Assembly (NCBI GenBank): GCA_002385605.1 | Contig: DGDU01000005.1 | Coordinates: forward strand, 1-61,329 | Direction of reading: 5' to 3' | Origin: Christensenella sp. UBA3944 | Lineage (GTDB): Bacteria > Bacillota > Clostridia > Christensenellales > DTU072 | Length of the DNA: 61,329 bases | Shown here: positions 9,568 through 20,054 of the stretch, piece by piece | Layout: the number at the start of each line of letters is the position of its first letter | How positions within the stretch are numbered: position 1 is the first letter of the stretch | The notes under the pieces: generated by a model | What the model was told of the DNA's origin: nothing | The model's input: only the letters and a program-made list of their open reading frames with translations | Databases searched by the model: none | Translations under genes and position numbers: made by a program

Positions 9568-10827
9568 CTATTCCCTGAGAAGCGCGAGAGGGTCGAGCCC
9601 CGCCTCTCTGCCGACATAGCTGCAGCTTGCCTTGTCGAAATCGAGGACATCGTCGATAACCGCCTTTACGCTTTCTAAGGATATGCTTTCTATTTGCTTT
9701 AGTTTTTTGTTTATGTCGAACACATTATCCGCGAGAAGCACTTGGAGCCCGTTGGAGCGCATGATAGATACCGCCCTTTCTGCTCCGAACAGAAGCGAAC
9801 TTTTTAGCTGCTCCTTGCCCTTTTTGAGTTCTTCTTCGGTTATGCCGTTTTTCTTGAAGTCGAGAAGGACTTCCTTTACCCCCGTTACAGCTTTGCGGGC
9901 GGATTCGGGCTTGGCGGCAAGGTAAATCATGAACATTCCCGCGATTTTGTACTCGTTGTCGGTGGCGTACACATCGTATACCAAACCGTTTTCTTCCCTA
10001 AGCTTCTGGAACAGCCTTGAGGACATACCGCCGCCCAGAATGTTTGCCATAAGGTACAGCGAGGGTATACGCTTGTCGTTAAGCTTGTAGGCGGGGAAGC
10101 CGAAGGCGATGTTGCTTTGCTCGAACTGCCTTACCGACTTAAGCTGCCTGCGGAAGGCCTTTTTGCTTGCCTGGTAGGACTTTTGCGCCTGCCCGCACTT
10201 CATACGGCTTTCGAAATACTTGTCTACAAGCGCGAGCACCCTTTCGGCGTCGATGTTGCCGGCTACCGAAATTACCACATTGTCGGCACAGTAATACTGC
10301 GCCATATAATCTATGAGCATCTGGCGGGTGAAGCTCCGGATATTCTCTATCGTGCCGAGAATGGGCCTCCCAAGCCCCGTAAACCCGAAATGCGCGAGGT
10401 TAAGCTGGTCGTGGCAGACATCGGTCGGGTCGTCGTTGCACATATTGATTTCTTCGATGACGACGCCCTTTTCGTTTGCCATATTCTCTTCTGAGAGCTT
10501 AGAGTTGAAAAAGATGTCGCTTAGTATATCGAAGCATTTTTCGGTGTGCTCGTCGGTGGAAATGGTGTAATACGCCGTGCAGTCGCGCGAGGTAAAGGCG
10601 TTTATCTGGGCGCCGATGCTCTCCATATCGTTGGCTATCTGAAACGCCGAGCGATTTGAGGTGCCCTTGAACAGCATGTGCTCTATAAAGTGCGAGATGC
10701 CGCTTAGCTCCTTGGTTTCGTAGGCGCTTCCTACGCCTACATAGACGCCGGTGGCGACGACTCTCGTCTGCCTCATCGGATGAACTACTACTCTGAGCCC
10801 GCTTGAGCGTGTTATTATTTTATCCAT
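9568..10827 (-). CDS. M16 family zinc peptidase (insulinase-like, YmfH/YmfF-type)
   Basis: 419 aa. It has the inverted zinc motif HFIEH (SHFIEHMLFKGT) plus a downstream Glu region, and shows the usual ftsK-linked synteny of Firmicutes. Confidence 0.85.
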   Translation of the reverse strand: MDKIITRSSGLRVVVHPMRQTRVVATGVYVGVGSAYETKELSGISHFIEHMLFKGTSNRSAFQIANDMESIGAQINAFTSRDCTAYYTISTDEHTEKCFDILSDIFFNSKLSEENMANEKGVVIEEINMCNDDPTDVCHDQLNLAHFGFTGLGRPILGTIENIRSFTRQMLIDYMAQYYCADNVVISVAGNIDAERVLALVDKYFESRMKCGQAQKSYQASKKAFRRQLKSVRQFEQSNIAFGFPAYKLNDKRIPSLYLMANILGGGMSSRLFQKLREENGLVYDVYATDNEYKIAGMFMIYLAAKPESARKAVTGVKEVLLDFKKNGITEEELKKGKEQLKSSLLFGAERAVSIMRSNGLQVLLADNVFDINKKLKQIESISLESVKAVIDDVLDFDKASCSYVGREAGLDPLALLRE

Positions 10828-10999
10828 TAAAACCCCTCTGTCAAAGTTAGCGGAAAATTATCAGGCCTTTGGAAGCCTATTAGGCTTTTATGCATAAAGT
10901 ATATACTACTTCGCCGCTTTTTACAAGGGATTATTTGTCAGGCGCCCAAAGAATTGCCGCGGGGTCATACGCCGCCCGGAATATCAATAAAATTATACC

Positions 11000-11716
11000 A
11001 TGCGGATAAAAGATAAGGTATTTGAAAATATAGTAGCAAACCTCGTTATCGTGGCGGTTATCGCCGTGCTTGTCACGGGGGCGTTTCTTAGCGATGGCGC
11101 CGTGCCCGCCGCAGTGGGAGGCAAGGCCATCTATCACGGCAACACCTCGGAGCCCAGGGTAACCCTGATGGTAAATGTCTACTGGGGCACCGAATACATA
11201 ACACCCATGCTGGATATCTTCGACGCTTACGGCGTAAAGACCACCTTCTTCATAGGCGGTGTGTGGGCGTCGAAGAATAACGATCTGGTAAAAGAGATAA
11301 GCGCCCGCGGGCACGAGATAGGAAACCACGGCTACCTGCACTTAGACCACGGCAAGCTGTCGGAGTCCAGAAACATTGAAGAAATAGAGCTTACCTCCCG
11401 CCTCATAAAAGAGCTTACGGGGCGCCCCACAAGCCTATTCGCCCCGCCCTCGGGAGCGATAGGCAGCAATATGTTTAAGGCCTGCGAAAAGACGGGGCAT
11501 ACCGTTATCATGTGGAGCCGCGACACCATAGACTGGAGAGATAAAGATAAGGATTTGGTGTACAAAAGAGCGACAAACGGTATCCAGAACGGCGATTTGG
11601 TGTTAATGCACCCGACTGCCCACACCCTGGAAGCCCTTCCGTCGATACTTAAGTATTACAAGCAAAACGGCTTTTCGGTAACGACGGTAAGCAACAATAT
11701 AGCGCAAAGCAATTAG
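11000..11716 (+). CDS. Polysaccharide deacetylase (NodB homology domain; PdaB-like, membrane anchored)
   Basis: 238 aa. It has an N-terminal TM helix and NodB motifs TTFFIGG, HEIGNHGYLH and LMHP. No obvious SD precedes ATG 11000. Confidence 0.85.
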   Translation: MRIKDKVFENIVANLVIVAVIAVLVTGAFLSDGAVPAAVGGKAIYHGNTSEPRVTLMVNVYWGTEYITPMLDIFDAYGVKTTFFIGGVWASKNNDLVKEISARGHEIGNHGYLHLDHGKLSESRNIEEIELTSRLIKELTGRPTSLFAPPSGAIGSNMFKACEKTGHTVIMWSRDTIDWRDKDKDLVYKRATNGIQNGDLVLMHPTAHTLEALPSILKYYKQNGFSVTTVSNNIAQSN

Positions 11717-11787
11717 CTCCCGTAAATGTCGAAAAAAAGTATTATATGGTTCTTTGCGCGCCCGCACGGAGAACTAAGGCTTTTTTA

Positions 11788-11816
11788 TTGACTTAAATGA
11801 TTATTTTCTATATTAT
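11788..11816 (+). promoter_or_regulatory. Candidate sigma-A promoter for glyQS
   Basis: TTGACT (11788-11793), 17 nt, TATTAT (11811-11816). The leader is too short for a T-box. Confidence 0.4.
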
Positions 11817-11849
11817 ATTGCTATGATTATTTTCTAGGAGTGTTTTGTT

Positions 11850-13238
11850 ATGTCGAAATTAACAATGGATAAGCTTGTGGCGCTTTGCAAGGGCAGAGGC
11901 TTTATTTTCCCCGGCAGCGAGATTTACGGCGGATTGGCCAACACCTGGGACTACGGCCCCTTGGGCGTCGAGCTTAAAAACAACATAAAGCGCGCTTGGT
12001 GGAAAAAGTTCGTGCAAGAGAGCGAATACAATGTGGGAGTGGACTGCGCAATCCTTATGAACCCCACCGTTTGGGAAGCGAGCGGGCACCTTAGCGGCTT
12101 CTCCGACCCCCTTATGGACTGCAAAGAGTGCCGCAGCCGCCACCGCGCCGACAACCTCATCGAGGATTATATCGCAAAAAACAAACTGAACATAAAGATT
12201 GCGGGTTGGACAAACGAACAGATGGAAAAGTACATCGCCGACAACAAAGTTAAGTGCCCCGTCTGCGGAAACTCCAACTTTACGGGCGTACGCAAGTTTA
12301 ACCTTATGTTCAAGACTTTCCAGGGTGTCACCGAGGACTCGGCAAGCACCGTTTACCTTAGGCCAGAAACCGCCCAGGGCATATTCGTAAACTTCAACAA
12401 TGTGCTGCGCTCCTCCAGGTGCAGGGTGCCCTTCGGCATCGCCCAGGTCGGAAAGAGCTTCCGTAACGAAATTACCCCCGGTAACTTTATATTCAGGACA
12501 AGGGAGTTCGAGCAGATGGAGCTTGAGTTCTTCTGCAAGCCCGGCACCGACCTCGAATGGTTTGCCTATTGGAAGAATTTCTGCCACCAATGGCTTCTCG
12601 GCCTCGGCATCAAGCCCGAAAATTTAAGGCTTCGCGACCACGACAAAGAGGAGCTTTCGCACTACTCCAACGCCACGACAGACTTCGAGTTCCTCTTCCC
12701 CTTCGGCTGGGGCGAGCTCTGGGGCATAGCCGACAGGACGGATTTCGACCTTAAGGCGCACGCCAACAAGTCGGGCAAGTCCTTCGAGTATACCGACCCC
12801 GTCACCAACGAAAAGTATATACCCTACTGCATCGAGCCCTCGCTGGGCGTCGAGAGGTCGCTGCTTGCCTTCCTGTGCAACGCCTACGAAGAAGAGGACC
12901 TCGGCGAAGGCGACACCAGGGTTGTGCTCCGCCTGCACCACGCTCTCGCGCCTTACAAGGTCGCCGTGTTGCCCCTGCAGAAAAAGCAGCTCGGCGAAAA
13001 GGCCGAAGAGGTATACCGCAAGCTCATCAAGAAGTTCCCCGCCACCTACGACGAAACGGGCAGCATAGGCAAGCGCTACCGCCGCCAGGACGAAATAGGC
13101 ACGCCCTACTGCGTGACGGTTGACTTCGACACCCTCGAGCAGAACACCGTTACCGTGCGCGACCGCGACACGATGGAGCAAGTACGCCTTCCGATAGACG
13201 AATTGGTAAGTTACTTCGAAGAAAAACTGCAGTATTAA
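11850..13238 (+). CDS. glyQS: Glycine--tRNA ligase (alpha2 type)
   Basis: 462 aa. The N-terminus [34 protein letters not shown] and the class II motifs are typical of GlyQS. Confidence 0.95.
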   Translation: MSKLTMDKLVALCKGRGFIFPGSEIYGGLANTWDYGPLGVELKNNIKRAWWKKFVQESEYNVGVDCAILMNPTVWEASGHLSGFSDPLMDCKECRSRHRADNLIEDYIAKNKLNIKIAGWTNEQMEKYIADNKVKCPVCGNSNFTGVRKFNLMFKTFQGVTEDSASTVYLRPETAQGIFVNFNNVLRSSRCRVPFGIAQVGKSFRNEITPGNFIFRTREFEQMELEFFCKPGTDLEWFAYWKNFCHQWLLGLGIKPENLRLRDHDKEELSHYSNATTDFEFLFPFGWGELWGIADRTDFDLKAHANKSGKSFEYTDPVTNEKYIPYCIEPSLGVERSLLAFLCNAYEEEDLGEGDTRVVLRLHHALAPYKVAVLPLQKKQLGEKAEEVYRKLIKKFPATYDETGSIGKRYRRQDEIGTPYCVTVDFDTLEQNTVTVRDRDTMEQVRLPIDELVSYFEEKLQY

Positions 13239-13303
13239 CACAAGCGGAAAATTGTGCTAAAATGTAGTAAAAACCGGGGTTACCCGCCGTCAAGGAGGAT
13301 GCC

Positions 13304-14290
13304 ATGCAAAAAATATCAAAGAGAGGCTGGATAGAATTTGCCGCCTGCCTGGGGGCATTTATAGTACTGGCTGTTATAGCCGCAATTTGCGACCTCGAGA
13401 TTAATATCGCCCTTTATAACCCCCAAAGCCTGTACGGGCAGTTTTTCGCCAGGCTCGGCGAGCTTCCCAGCTACCTTGCCGCGCCCACGGTGGGCGTAAT
13501 CCTGTTCCATCAGGACTTCGGCAAAAACAAAACGCAAAAGATACTTCTTAAGTGCGCCTTTGCCGCCCTCATATTCGCGGGCTGGTTCTACGCCATCGGC
13601 GTGTGGTTCTGGGAGAACTTTATAAGCGAGGAAGTGGACTACGCCATAGTGTATAAGCTGTTCTTCTGCGCCGTACTTACCGCGGGCGTAATCCTCGGGA
13701 CCGCCAAAGTGGACAAAAAGGTTATGAGAAAGCTTCTCGTGCTTGCCCTCTTTATAGCGATCGCGGTGGCGGTAAGCAACCTGATTGTGCAGATTATGAA
13801 AATCCTTTGGGCGCGCCAGCGCTTCCGCACCATGGTGGACAACGAGAAAAACGCCGCTTTAATAGAGGCTTTCGTAAAGCCCAACGGCGGCGACCTCTAC
13901 CGGGGCTTTACCCCGTGGTACCGCCCCAACGCCATTTTCCGCTCGCCCGTGCACACCGACGAATACATAAGGCGTTATAAAGAGATAGACAGCGACACCT
14001 TCAAGTCCTTCCCATCGGGGCATACAGTTGCCGCGGCGGGCTCCTTCGCCCTAATTATCCTTCCCGAAATGTATAAGAAGCTTGCAAAGCACAGATGGAT
14101 GTTCTGGGTGTTCCCCGCAATATACACCGTGCTTGTGGGCATAAGCCGCATAGTTATGGGCGCCCATTACCTCTCGGATACCCTGTTCGGCGGATACATC
14201 GGCTTCGGCGTCGCCGCCCTCGCGAGATGGATTTTTGTGTCTAAGATGGATAAGATTTACGCCTGCTTCAAGATACCGCAGGAAGAATAA
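13304..14290 (+). CDS. PAP2-family membrane phosphatase
   Basis: 328 aa and polytopic. It carries the acid-phosphatase motifs KILWARQRFR, PSGHT and SRIVMGAHYLSD. SD AAGGAGG. Confidence 0.85.
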   Translation: MQKISKRGWIEFAACLGAFIVLAVIAAICDLEINIALYNPQSLYGQFFARLGELPSYLAAPTVGVILFHQDFGKNKTQKILLKCAFAALIFAGWFYAIGVWFWENFISEEVDYAIVYKLFFCAVLTAGVILGTAKVDKKVMRKLLVLALFIAIAVAVSNLIVQIMKILWARQRFRTMVDNEKNAALIEAFVKPNGGDLYRGFTPWYRPNAIFRSPVHTDEYIRRYKEIDSDTFKSFPSGHTVAAAGSFALIILPEMYKKLAKHRWMFWVFPAIYTVLVGISRIVMGAHYLSDTLFGGYIGFGVAALARWIFVSKMDKIYACFKIPQEE

Positions 14291-14308
14291 AAGAATACGA
14301 AAATAGCG

Positions 14309-14336
14309 AAAAAGCTGTCGCAAGACAGCTTTTTTT
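14309..14336. terminator. Bidirectional terminator between the PAP2 gene and the TPR-like gene
   Basis: AAAA-AGCTGTC-GCAA-GACAGCT-TTTTTT, with an A-run and a T-run flanking a 7-bp stem at a convergent junction. Confidence 0.8.
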
Positions 14337-14350
14337 ATGCCCCTTTTGGG

Positions 14351-16024
14351 TTATTTATCGAGAATGGATTTATAAATTTCTATATACTTTTTTACAGTCG
14401 CTGAATTCGCGTTGTAGAGGTCGGCGTACTCTTCGGGGGTTTCGTCGTCGCGCCCCAGAGATTTTTCGTAGATATAGTGCGCGGCGGCGTAGAGGGCTTC
14501 CTCGCGCATGCCGTGCTTTACCCCGATCTTTTTTATTTCGCGGACAATGTAGAGAAGGCGCTCCCATTCGGGATATTCGCCGTCCGAAATGATTTGAATG
14601 TATACCTCGCAGTAGACGCGGGCAAGCATAATCGGGAATTCGTCGGGGTCGGGGAAGCGGACGGGGCATTGTATAAAGGTGTCGCCCATCATGACATCGG
14701 CGTAGGAGTCCCAGCCGTTCATAAGCATACCGTAAAGAAGGTCGCACTTTGTATCCGCCGAAAGGTTTATGTCGGCAAGCAGCCCCACAAAAAACCATTG
14801 TAGGCCCATTGCCGCCTTGGAATATATCGTTAAGGCGTTGTTTACAAAGACGGCGGGGTTATCCTGAAAATCCCACGACATAAGATAGGCGCAAAGCATA
14901 TTCTTTATCCAATCGGCAGGCCTCTTCTCTTCGTCGTTCGCGGCTTCTATGTCATAAAACTCTTTATCGAGGCGGTCTTTGTCCAGAAAAGTGCCGGTAA
15001 GGCGGATTTCGTCCCAAATATGGGCGGGGTATCCGCAGTCGGATAAAGCGGTGTACGCCCTGACCTTGAAGTCGCCGGGGAATAGCATTTGGAGGCGCTT
15101 AAGGCACTTCTCGCCTTCTTCGGTATCGCCTTCGGCAAAGCTTGTGAACATTCTGTAGGCAATTATGCCGAAAGCGCAATTGTGGGCTGCATAGGCGTTA
15201 TCGAGGTATTTGTTGAACAAGTCTTTATATATGCCGTGGGAGAGCGTCTTAACAAAGTCAAGCGCCTTTTCGGGGCTTGCCTTTACGGCTTCCCACACTT
15301 CGGCGGCCTTTACCTCTATCTCATTTTTGGGAACGCGCGCGGGCATCGAGGCGAGCACCCCGAAAGCCACCGTGCTGTGCCCGCGGGAAAGTATTGCCCT
15401 TGCCGTGCTTTCGGCAAGCTCGGCGTCCCCTCTCGCGTGAGCGGCGAGGCAGATGATTTCCTGCGCGCTGTCGTACAGCTTGGAGGAAGGCTTTATCTCC
15501 ATCGCCTCCATAATGGCGGTATCGAAGTCGGATTTGGAAACAAGGCTTCTGAGCCTGTTTATGGTGTATTCGTTGTAGGCCTCGGTGGCGTCGATTATGG
15601 CGTCCCTGATGTCGTCGGTTTCGGTGATGTTAAGAAGCTTCTGGAGCTCGTGCTCGTCTATCTCGGGCACCATATCCAATTCGCCAGGCTCCATGCCGTC
15701 GAAATCGTACAGGGCGTAAAGGATAAATTTGCGGGCGTCCGCCGCCCGCCCCATAAGCAAAAGGTTTCTGTATATAGCGAGAATGTAGGGAAGCTTGCGC
15801 TTGTTAAAAAACAACTCTACATAAATGTTTGTGGATTGGGCGTAATTGTTCGTGCGGTAGTAAGCCTCGGCAAGCTGGATTTTGTAGGCGGACTTGTTAG
15901 CCATTTCGTTTGCTTTTATGAGATTGAGAATGGCGTCGTATACCAGCCCTTGATCCAGCTGCTCCTGCCCCAGCTTGAAATAAAACTCGGCGTTTTGGTT
16001 GTCAAGGCTAAGAATAACCGCCAT
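14351..16024 (-). CDS. Hypothetical protein with N-terminal TPR-like repeats
   Basis: 557 aa. The N-terminus (AEFYFKLGQEQLDQGLVYDAILNLIKANEM...LAEAYYRTNNYAQSTNIY) looks TPR-like, and I recognise nothing in the rest. Its ATG overlaps the hslO stop (ATGA). Confidence 0.6.
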   Translation of the reverse strand: MAVILSLDNQNAEFYFKLGQEQLDQGLVYDAILNLIKANEMANKSAYKIQLAEAYYRTNNYAQSTNIYVELFFNKRKLPYILAIYRNLLLMGRAADARKFILYALYDFDGMEPGELDMVPEIDEHELQKLLNITETDDIRDAIIDATEAYNEYTINRLRSLVSKSDFDTAIMEAMEIKPSSKLYDSAQEIICLAAHARGDAELAESTARAILSRGHSTVAFGVLASMPARVPKNEIEVKAAEVWEAVKASPEKALDFVKTLSHGIYKDLFNKYLDNAYAAHNCAFGIIAYRMFTSFAEGDTEEGEKCLKRLQMLFPGDFKVRAYTALSDCGYPAHIWDEIRLTGTFLDKDRLDKEFYDIEAANDEEKRPADWIKNMLCAYLMSWDFQDNPAVFVNNALTIYSKAAMGLQWFFVGLLADINLSADTKCDLLYGMLMNGWDSYADVMMGDTFIQCPVRFPDPDEFPIMLARVYCEVYIQIISDGEYPEWERLLYIVREIKKIGVKHGMREEALYAAAHYIYEKSLGRDDETPEEYADLYNANSATVKKYIEIYKSILDK

Positions 16025-16887
16025 CAGTCGCTCCCGAAGATTTTATCTATGTCAGCCTCCCCGAAGGTGTACGCGCTGCCGCAAAAATCGCATTTTATCT
16101 CTACCTCGCCCCTTTCTGAAATGATGGCGCGGGCTTCCTCCTCCCCGAGGCTCTTTATTATGCCCTCCATCTTCTGCCCGCAGCGGCACACATACGAAAC
16201 GCCTTGCGGGACAAAAACCTCGGCGTCCAGATACCCGAAGTAAAAGTCGAGGATTTCTTCGGCGCTCTTTTGCGCGAGAAGCGAGCTTATGCCCATAAAG
16301 TTGGTCATTATATCCTCGAGCATAACGATTTGCTCTTCGCTGATGTCGGGCATGGCCTCCACTATTACGCCGCCAGCCGCCTTGCAGCCTTCGGAGCCGG
16401 TAAGGACGCCCAGCGCAACCGCCGCGGGTATGCCCTCGCTGCGGGTAAGATACGCCGCGAAGTCCTCGGCGATTTCGCCCGTTGTTAGCTTGCACCTTCC
16501 GGCATAGGGCTCTTTAAGCCCCAAATCCCTTATAACGCTTATATATCCGTCGCGCCCGACGGCGCCGCCGACATCAAGTTTGCCGTTTCTGTACAGAAGC
16601 TCTATATACGGGTTTTGCACATACCCGCGCACATAGCCGCCCGCCTCGCCGGCGACAATTATTTTGCCCAGAGGCCCACCGCCGTCTATCGTAAGGCTGA
16701 AACGGTCGGTGGGGTTTTTGAGGTTGGACGAAATATAGGCGCCTGCCGTAAGCGCCCTTCCCAAAGCGGCGGCCGCCAGGGGGGACAGCTTATGGAGCCT
16801 TATAGCCTCGTTTACGGTGTCGGTCGTGTCCAGCACGGCAACCCTTGCCTTGCCGCCGAATATTACTGCTTTTAATATTTTTCCCAT
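16024..16887 (-). CDS. hslO: Hsp33 redox-regulated chaperone
   Basis: 287 aa. It has a C-terminal zinc/redox switch CRCG...(27 aa)...CDFCG and an Hsp33-like N-terminal domain. Confidence 0.93.
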   Translation of the reverse strand: MGKILKAVIFGGKARVAVLDTTDTVNEAIRLHKLSPLAAAALGRALTAGAYISSNLKNPTDRFSLTIDGGGPLGKIIVAGEAGGYVRGYVQNPYIELLYRNGKLDVGGAVGRDGYISVIRDLGLKEPYAGRCKLTTGEIAEDFAAYLTRSEGIPAAVALGVLTGSEGCKAAGGVIVEAMPDISEEQIVMLEDIMTNFMGISSLLAQKSAEEILDFYFGYLDAEVFVPQGVSYVCRCGQKMEGIIKSLGEEEARAIISERGEVEIKCDFCGSAYTFGEADIDKIFGSD

Positions 16888-17924
16888 TACTGCTTGTTGG
16901 ATTTGCTCTTTTTGCTCTTCTTCTTGGATTTGTTGGGGTTTATGGAAGCCTCGTACAGGGGCACGAGTATTTTTTCGGAATTATAGCCAAGATAGTTTAC
17001 CGATATAAGGCAGAAGTACGAAAAACCTATCATGCTTATGGCTATGGCGACGAAAATATTGAGGATGCCTCCTACCGCGGTAAGCAGGAAGGGGGCGGCG
17101 GCTAATATGAGTATAATAAGCGAGGGCAGGAAGAAAGCCGTCGCGAGTATCGCTGCGTTTGTGAGCTTTTTGCCAAGAGGCATATCGTACGCAACTACCA
17201 TGGGCAGGAGGTTGAAAAGCACCATAACGGACGCAAGCCCTATTATGCAGGCGGCTATAAGCCCTATCACGTGCCCCGCGTTTAGCCCCGTCCAGAGGCC
17301 TTCGACAAACAGGATTATGAGGTTTGACACGCCGGCGAATATTACGGCGAAGCCTGCCATTATTATGACGGTTTGCTTCCAGTAAAGCTTTACACCGCGG
17401 AAGTATTCTATAATAATACGGGGGACATCGTTGCCGTATTTATCCTTTTTGCAGATAAAGCTCTCGCCCCACACATACTTTGTGCAAAGATACAGAAGCC
17501 CCGCTATCCCGAAGCCCAGAATGGGAAGGCATACGGCAATGGCGGAGAAGAATACCCTGTACGCTATAAGCATATTGGCCTTTGTGGCGATAAGCGAGGC
17601 GCCCCGGGAAAGCCCGATGCCGAAATCGGAAAGAAGGTAAGGCTCTTTTACGCCGTTTAGCATATACGAAAAGTTCTCAAACCCGATAACAAGCACAAAA
17701 CAGATTAATGCGATAAGCGGCAGCGCGAATATGAGGGTAAGGATATTCGCCATAGCGAGGTTGGAGAAGTTGCCAAACAATATATCCTTAAACATCCCGA
17801 ACCTGCCCTTGGGGTACGCGCCTTTGGAAGGCTCGTTGCGGTTTTCGGGCGCGAGAATGAGCTTTTGAAGAAGCTTTAGCTGAAGTTCTCCCGATTTTTT
17901 TGTCTTTGCATTCTTTTCGGCCAT
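16887..17924 (-). CDS. Polytopic membrane protein (YesL/DUF624-like) with a Lys/Ser-rich C-terminal tail
   Basis: 345 aa with about 6 TM helices. The motif FGMFKDILFGNFSNLAMANILTLIFALP resembles the YesL family. The tail is NPNKSKKKSKKSKSNKQ. Its stop overlaps the hslO ATG (TAATG). Confidence 0.55.
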   Translation of the reverse strand: MAEKNAKTKKSGELQLKLLQKLILAPENRNEPSKGAYPKGRFGMFKDILFGNFSNLAMANILTLIFALPLIALICFVLVIGFENFSYMLNGVKEPYLLSDFGIGLSRGASLIATKANMLIAYRVFFSAIAVCLPILGFGIAGLLYLCTKYVWGESFICKKDKYGNDVPRIIIEYFRGVKLYWKQTVIIMAGFAVIFAGVSNLIILFVEGLWTGLNAGHVIGLIAACIIGLASVMVLFNLLPMVVAYDMPLGKKLTNAAILATAFFLPSLIILILAAAPFLLTAVGGILNIFVAIAISMIGFSYFCLISVNYLGYNSEKILVPLYEASINPNKSKKKSKKSKSNKQ

Positions 17925-18065
17925 AGGTTTACCTCAATTAGTGTATCGCTTTCACTTTGTAAAGTATACAATATATTGCCCTGTATTGCAATCGAAATAT
18001 GAAATTAATATATTATAATAATATATCGATTATAAGCAAATCGGGGCGCAATCAGCCTGTTTTGT

Positions 18066-18094
18066 TTGACATTAGCGGTGCCGTAATCTATAAT
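18066..18094 (+). promoter_or_regulatory. Sigma-A promoter for asd-dapA-dapB
   Basis: TTGACA (18066-18071), 17 nt, TATAAT (18089-18094). Both hexamers are perfect consensus, 45 nt before the asd ATG. Confidence 0.65.
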
Positions 18095-18138
18095 TAGGAC
18101 ATCACTACAGTGTATTTTTACCAATCAAGGAGATAAAT

Positions 18139-19140
18139 ATGAAGCACTACAATTTAGCAGTCGTGGGCGCAACCGGGATGGTCGGCAACAAGTTCCTGCA
18201 GGTACTCGAGGAGCGCAAACTTCCCATCGAGAATTACTATCTTTTCGCTTCGGCGAAATCGGCGGGCAAAGTCGTCAACTTTATGGGCAAAGACCATACC
18301 GTCATAGAGCTTAAACCCGAAAATATAGTCGATAAAAAAATAGACTTCGCAATATTTTCGGCAGGTGCTTCTGTTTCCAAAATCTACGCCCCCATATTCG
18401 CCGAGCATGGCGCGATAGTGGTGGACAACAGCAGCCAATGGCGTATGGACCCCGAGGTCCCGCTCGTGGTGCCAGAGGTTAACGGCGACGCCGCTCTTAA
18501 CAACAAGGGCATTATCGCCAATCCCAACTGCAGCACCATACAGGCTGTAGTAGCGCTCAAGCCCCTTTATGACAAGTACGGCATCAAGAGAATAGTATAC
18601 AGCACCTATCAGGCGGTTTCGGGCGCCGGCGTACAGGGCTACGACGACCTCAGGAACGGCATCAACGGCGAGGCCCCCAAGAAGTTCCCCTACCCCATCT
18701 TCGGCAATGTCATCCCTCACATCGATGTGTTTATGCCCAGCGGCTACACAAAGGAAGAGGAAAAGATGATAAACGAAACCAGAAAGATACTAAACGATTA
18801 CGACCTTAAAATTACGGCTACGACGGTTCGCGTACCCGTATTCCACGGGCACAGCGAAAGCATTAACATCGAGTTCAAAAAGCCATGCACCCTGGAAGGC
18901 ATCAGGGAAGCCCTCGAAAACGCCCCCGGCGTTATCGTGATGGACGACACGGCTAACCTCAAGTACCCCATGCCCATATACGCCGAGGATCACGACGAGG
19001 TATACATCGGGCGCATCCGCCTGGATTTCTCGGTCGATTCGGGCTGCAACCTCTGGGTAGTTGCCGACAACATCCGCAAGGGCGCCGCAACCAACACAAT
19101 CCAGATCGTCGAATATCTTATTAATAAGAGAGGCGAATAG
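18139..19140 (+). CDS. asd: Aspartate-semialdehyde dehydrogenase
   Basis: 333 aa. It has a GATGMVG NAD(P) fold and the active-site motif IANPNCSTI. Confidence 0.95.
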   Translation: MKHYNLAVVGATGMVGNKFLQVLEERKLPIENYYLFASAKSAGKVVNFMGKDHTVIELKPENIVDKKIDFAIFSAGASVSKIYAPIFAEHGAIVVDNSSQWRMDPEVPLVVPEVNGDAALNNKGIIANPNCSTIQAVVALKPLYDKYGIKRIVYSTYQAVSGAGVQGYDDLRNGINGEAPKKFPYPIFGNVIPHIDVFMPSGYTKEEEKMINETRKILNDYDLKITATTVRVPVFHGHSESINIEFKKPCTLEGIREALENAPGVIVMDDTANLKYPMPIYAEDHDEVYIGRIRLDFSVDSGCNLWVVADNIRKGAATNTIQIVEYLINKRGE

Positions 19141-19155
19141 TTAAGGAGAATAAAA

Positions 19156-20034
19156 ATGGCGTTATTCAAAGGCGTCGCGACGGCACTAATCACGCCGTTC
19201 CAAAACGACAATGTAGACTTTGCCGCTCTCGAGCATCTGGTGGACACCCAGCTGAAAGGCGGGATTGCCGCCCTTGTCGTAAACGGCACGACCGGCGAGC
19301 CCACAACGATGACTCACCGCGAGCGTACGGCGGTAGCTACCGCTGTTATAAGGCAGGTTAACAAGAAAATACCTGTTATAGTAGGCGCGGGCAGCAACAA
19401 TACCTATACCGCCGTAGAATACGCCGTAGAAGCTCAGGAACTGGGCGCCGACGGCATCCTGGCGGTTACCCCCTACTACAACAAATGCACACAGAAGGGT
19501 ATCGTAGCCCACTATAAAGCTATGGCGGACGCCGTCGATATCCCCATTATTATGTATAATGTACCCGGCAGGACGGGCGTCAATATCAACCCCGAAACCG
19601 CCGAGGAACTCGCCGGCTACAAAAACATAGCGGGCATAAAGGAAGCCTCGGGCAACATTTCACAGATTATGGAAGTCGCGCGCCTTACGGGCGGCAAAAT
19701 GGACTTATACAGCGGCGACGACGGGCTGGTATTCCCCGTGCTCGCCCTTGGCGGCCTGGGCGTGATAAGCGTTGCTTCCAACATAATGCCGCAATATATG
19801 GCGGATATGTGCAATAAGTTCTTTGAAGGCGACATAGCGGGAAGCCGCGAAATGCAGTTTAAGATAGAGCCCCTCATTAAGGCTTTGTTCTGCGAGGTAA
19901 ACCCCATACCCGTAAAGTGCGCCGCCCGCCTGATGGGCATAATCCCCGACGACTATATGCGGCTGCCCCTCACAAAGCTTTCCAAAGAGGAGTACCTCGC
20001 CAAGGAGCTTCGCGCGCTCGGGTTAATCGAATAA
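19156..20034 (+). CDS. dapA: 4-hydroxy-tetrahydrodipicolinate synthase
   Basis: 292 aa. It carries ALITPF...VNGTTGE...YNVPGRTG and the GIKEASG Schiff-base lysine region. Confidence 0.95.
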   Translation: MALFKGVATALITPFQNDNVDFAALEHLVDTQLKGGIAALVVNGTTGEPTTMTHRERTAVATAVIRQVNKKIPVIVGAGSNNTYTAVEYAVEAQELGADGILAVTPYYNKCTQKGIVAHYKAMADAVDIPIIMYNVPGRTGVNINPETAEELAGYKNIAGIKEASGNISQIMEVARLTGGKMDLYSGDDGLVFPVLALGGLGVISVASNIMPQYMADMCNKFFEGDIAGSREMQFKIEPLIKALFCEVNPIPVKCAARLMGIIPDDYMRLPLTKLSKEEYLAKELRALGLIE

Positions 20035-20054
20035 GCCCCTATTAAGGAGCGGAT

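Noticed and set aside
11717-11849. I looked for T-box leaders upstream of glyQS (and proS, 24175-24189) and for a lysine riboswitch upstream of asd (17925-18138).
   Set aside because: The spacers are too short or lack the conserved cores (no AAnnnGGGTGGTACC T-box sequence, no L-box helices). Only promoters are visible.
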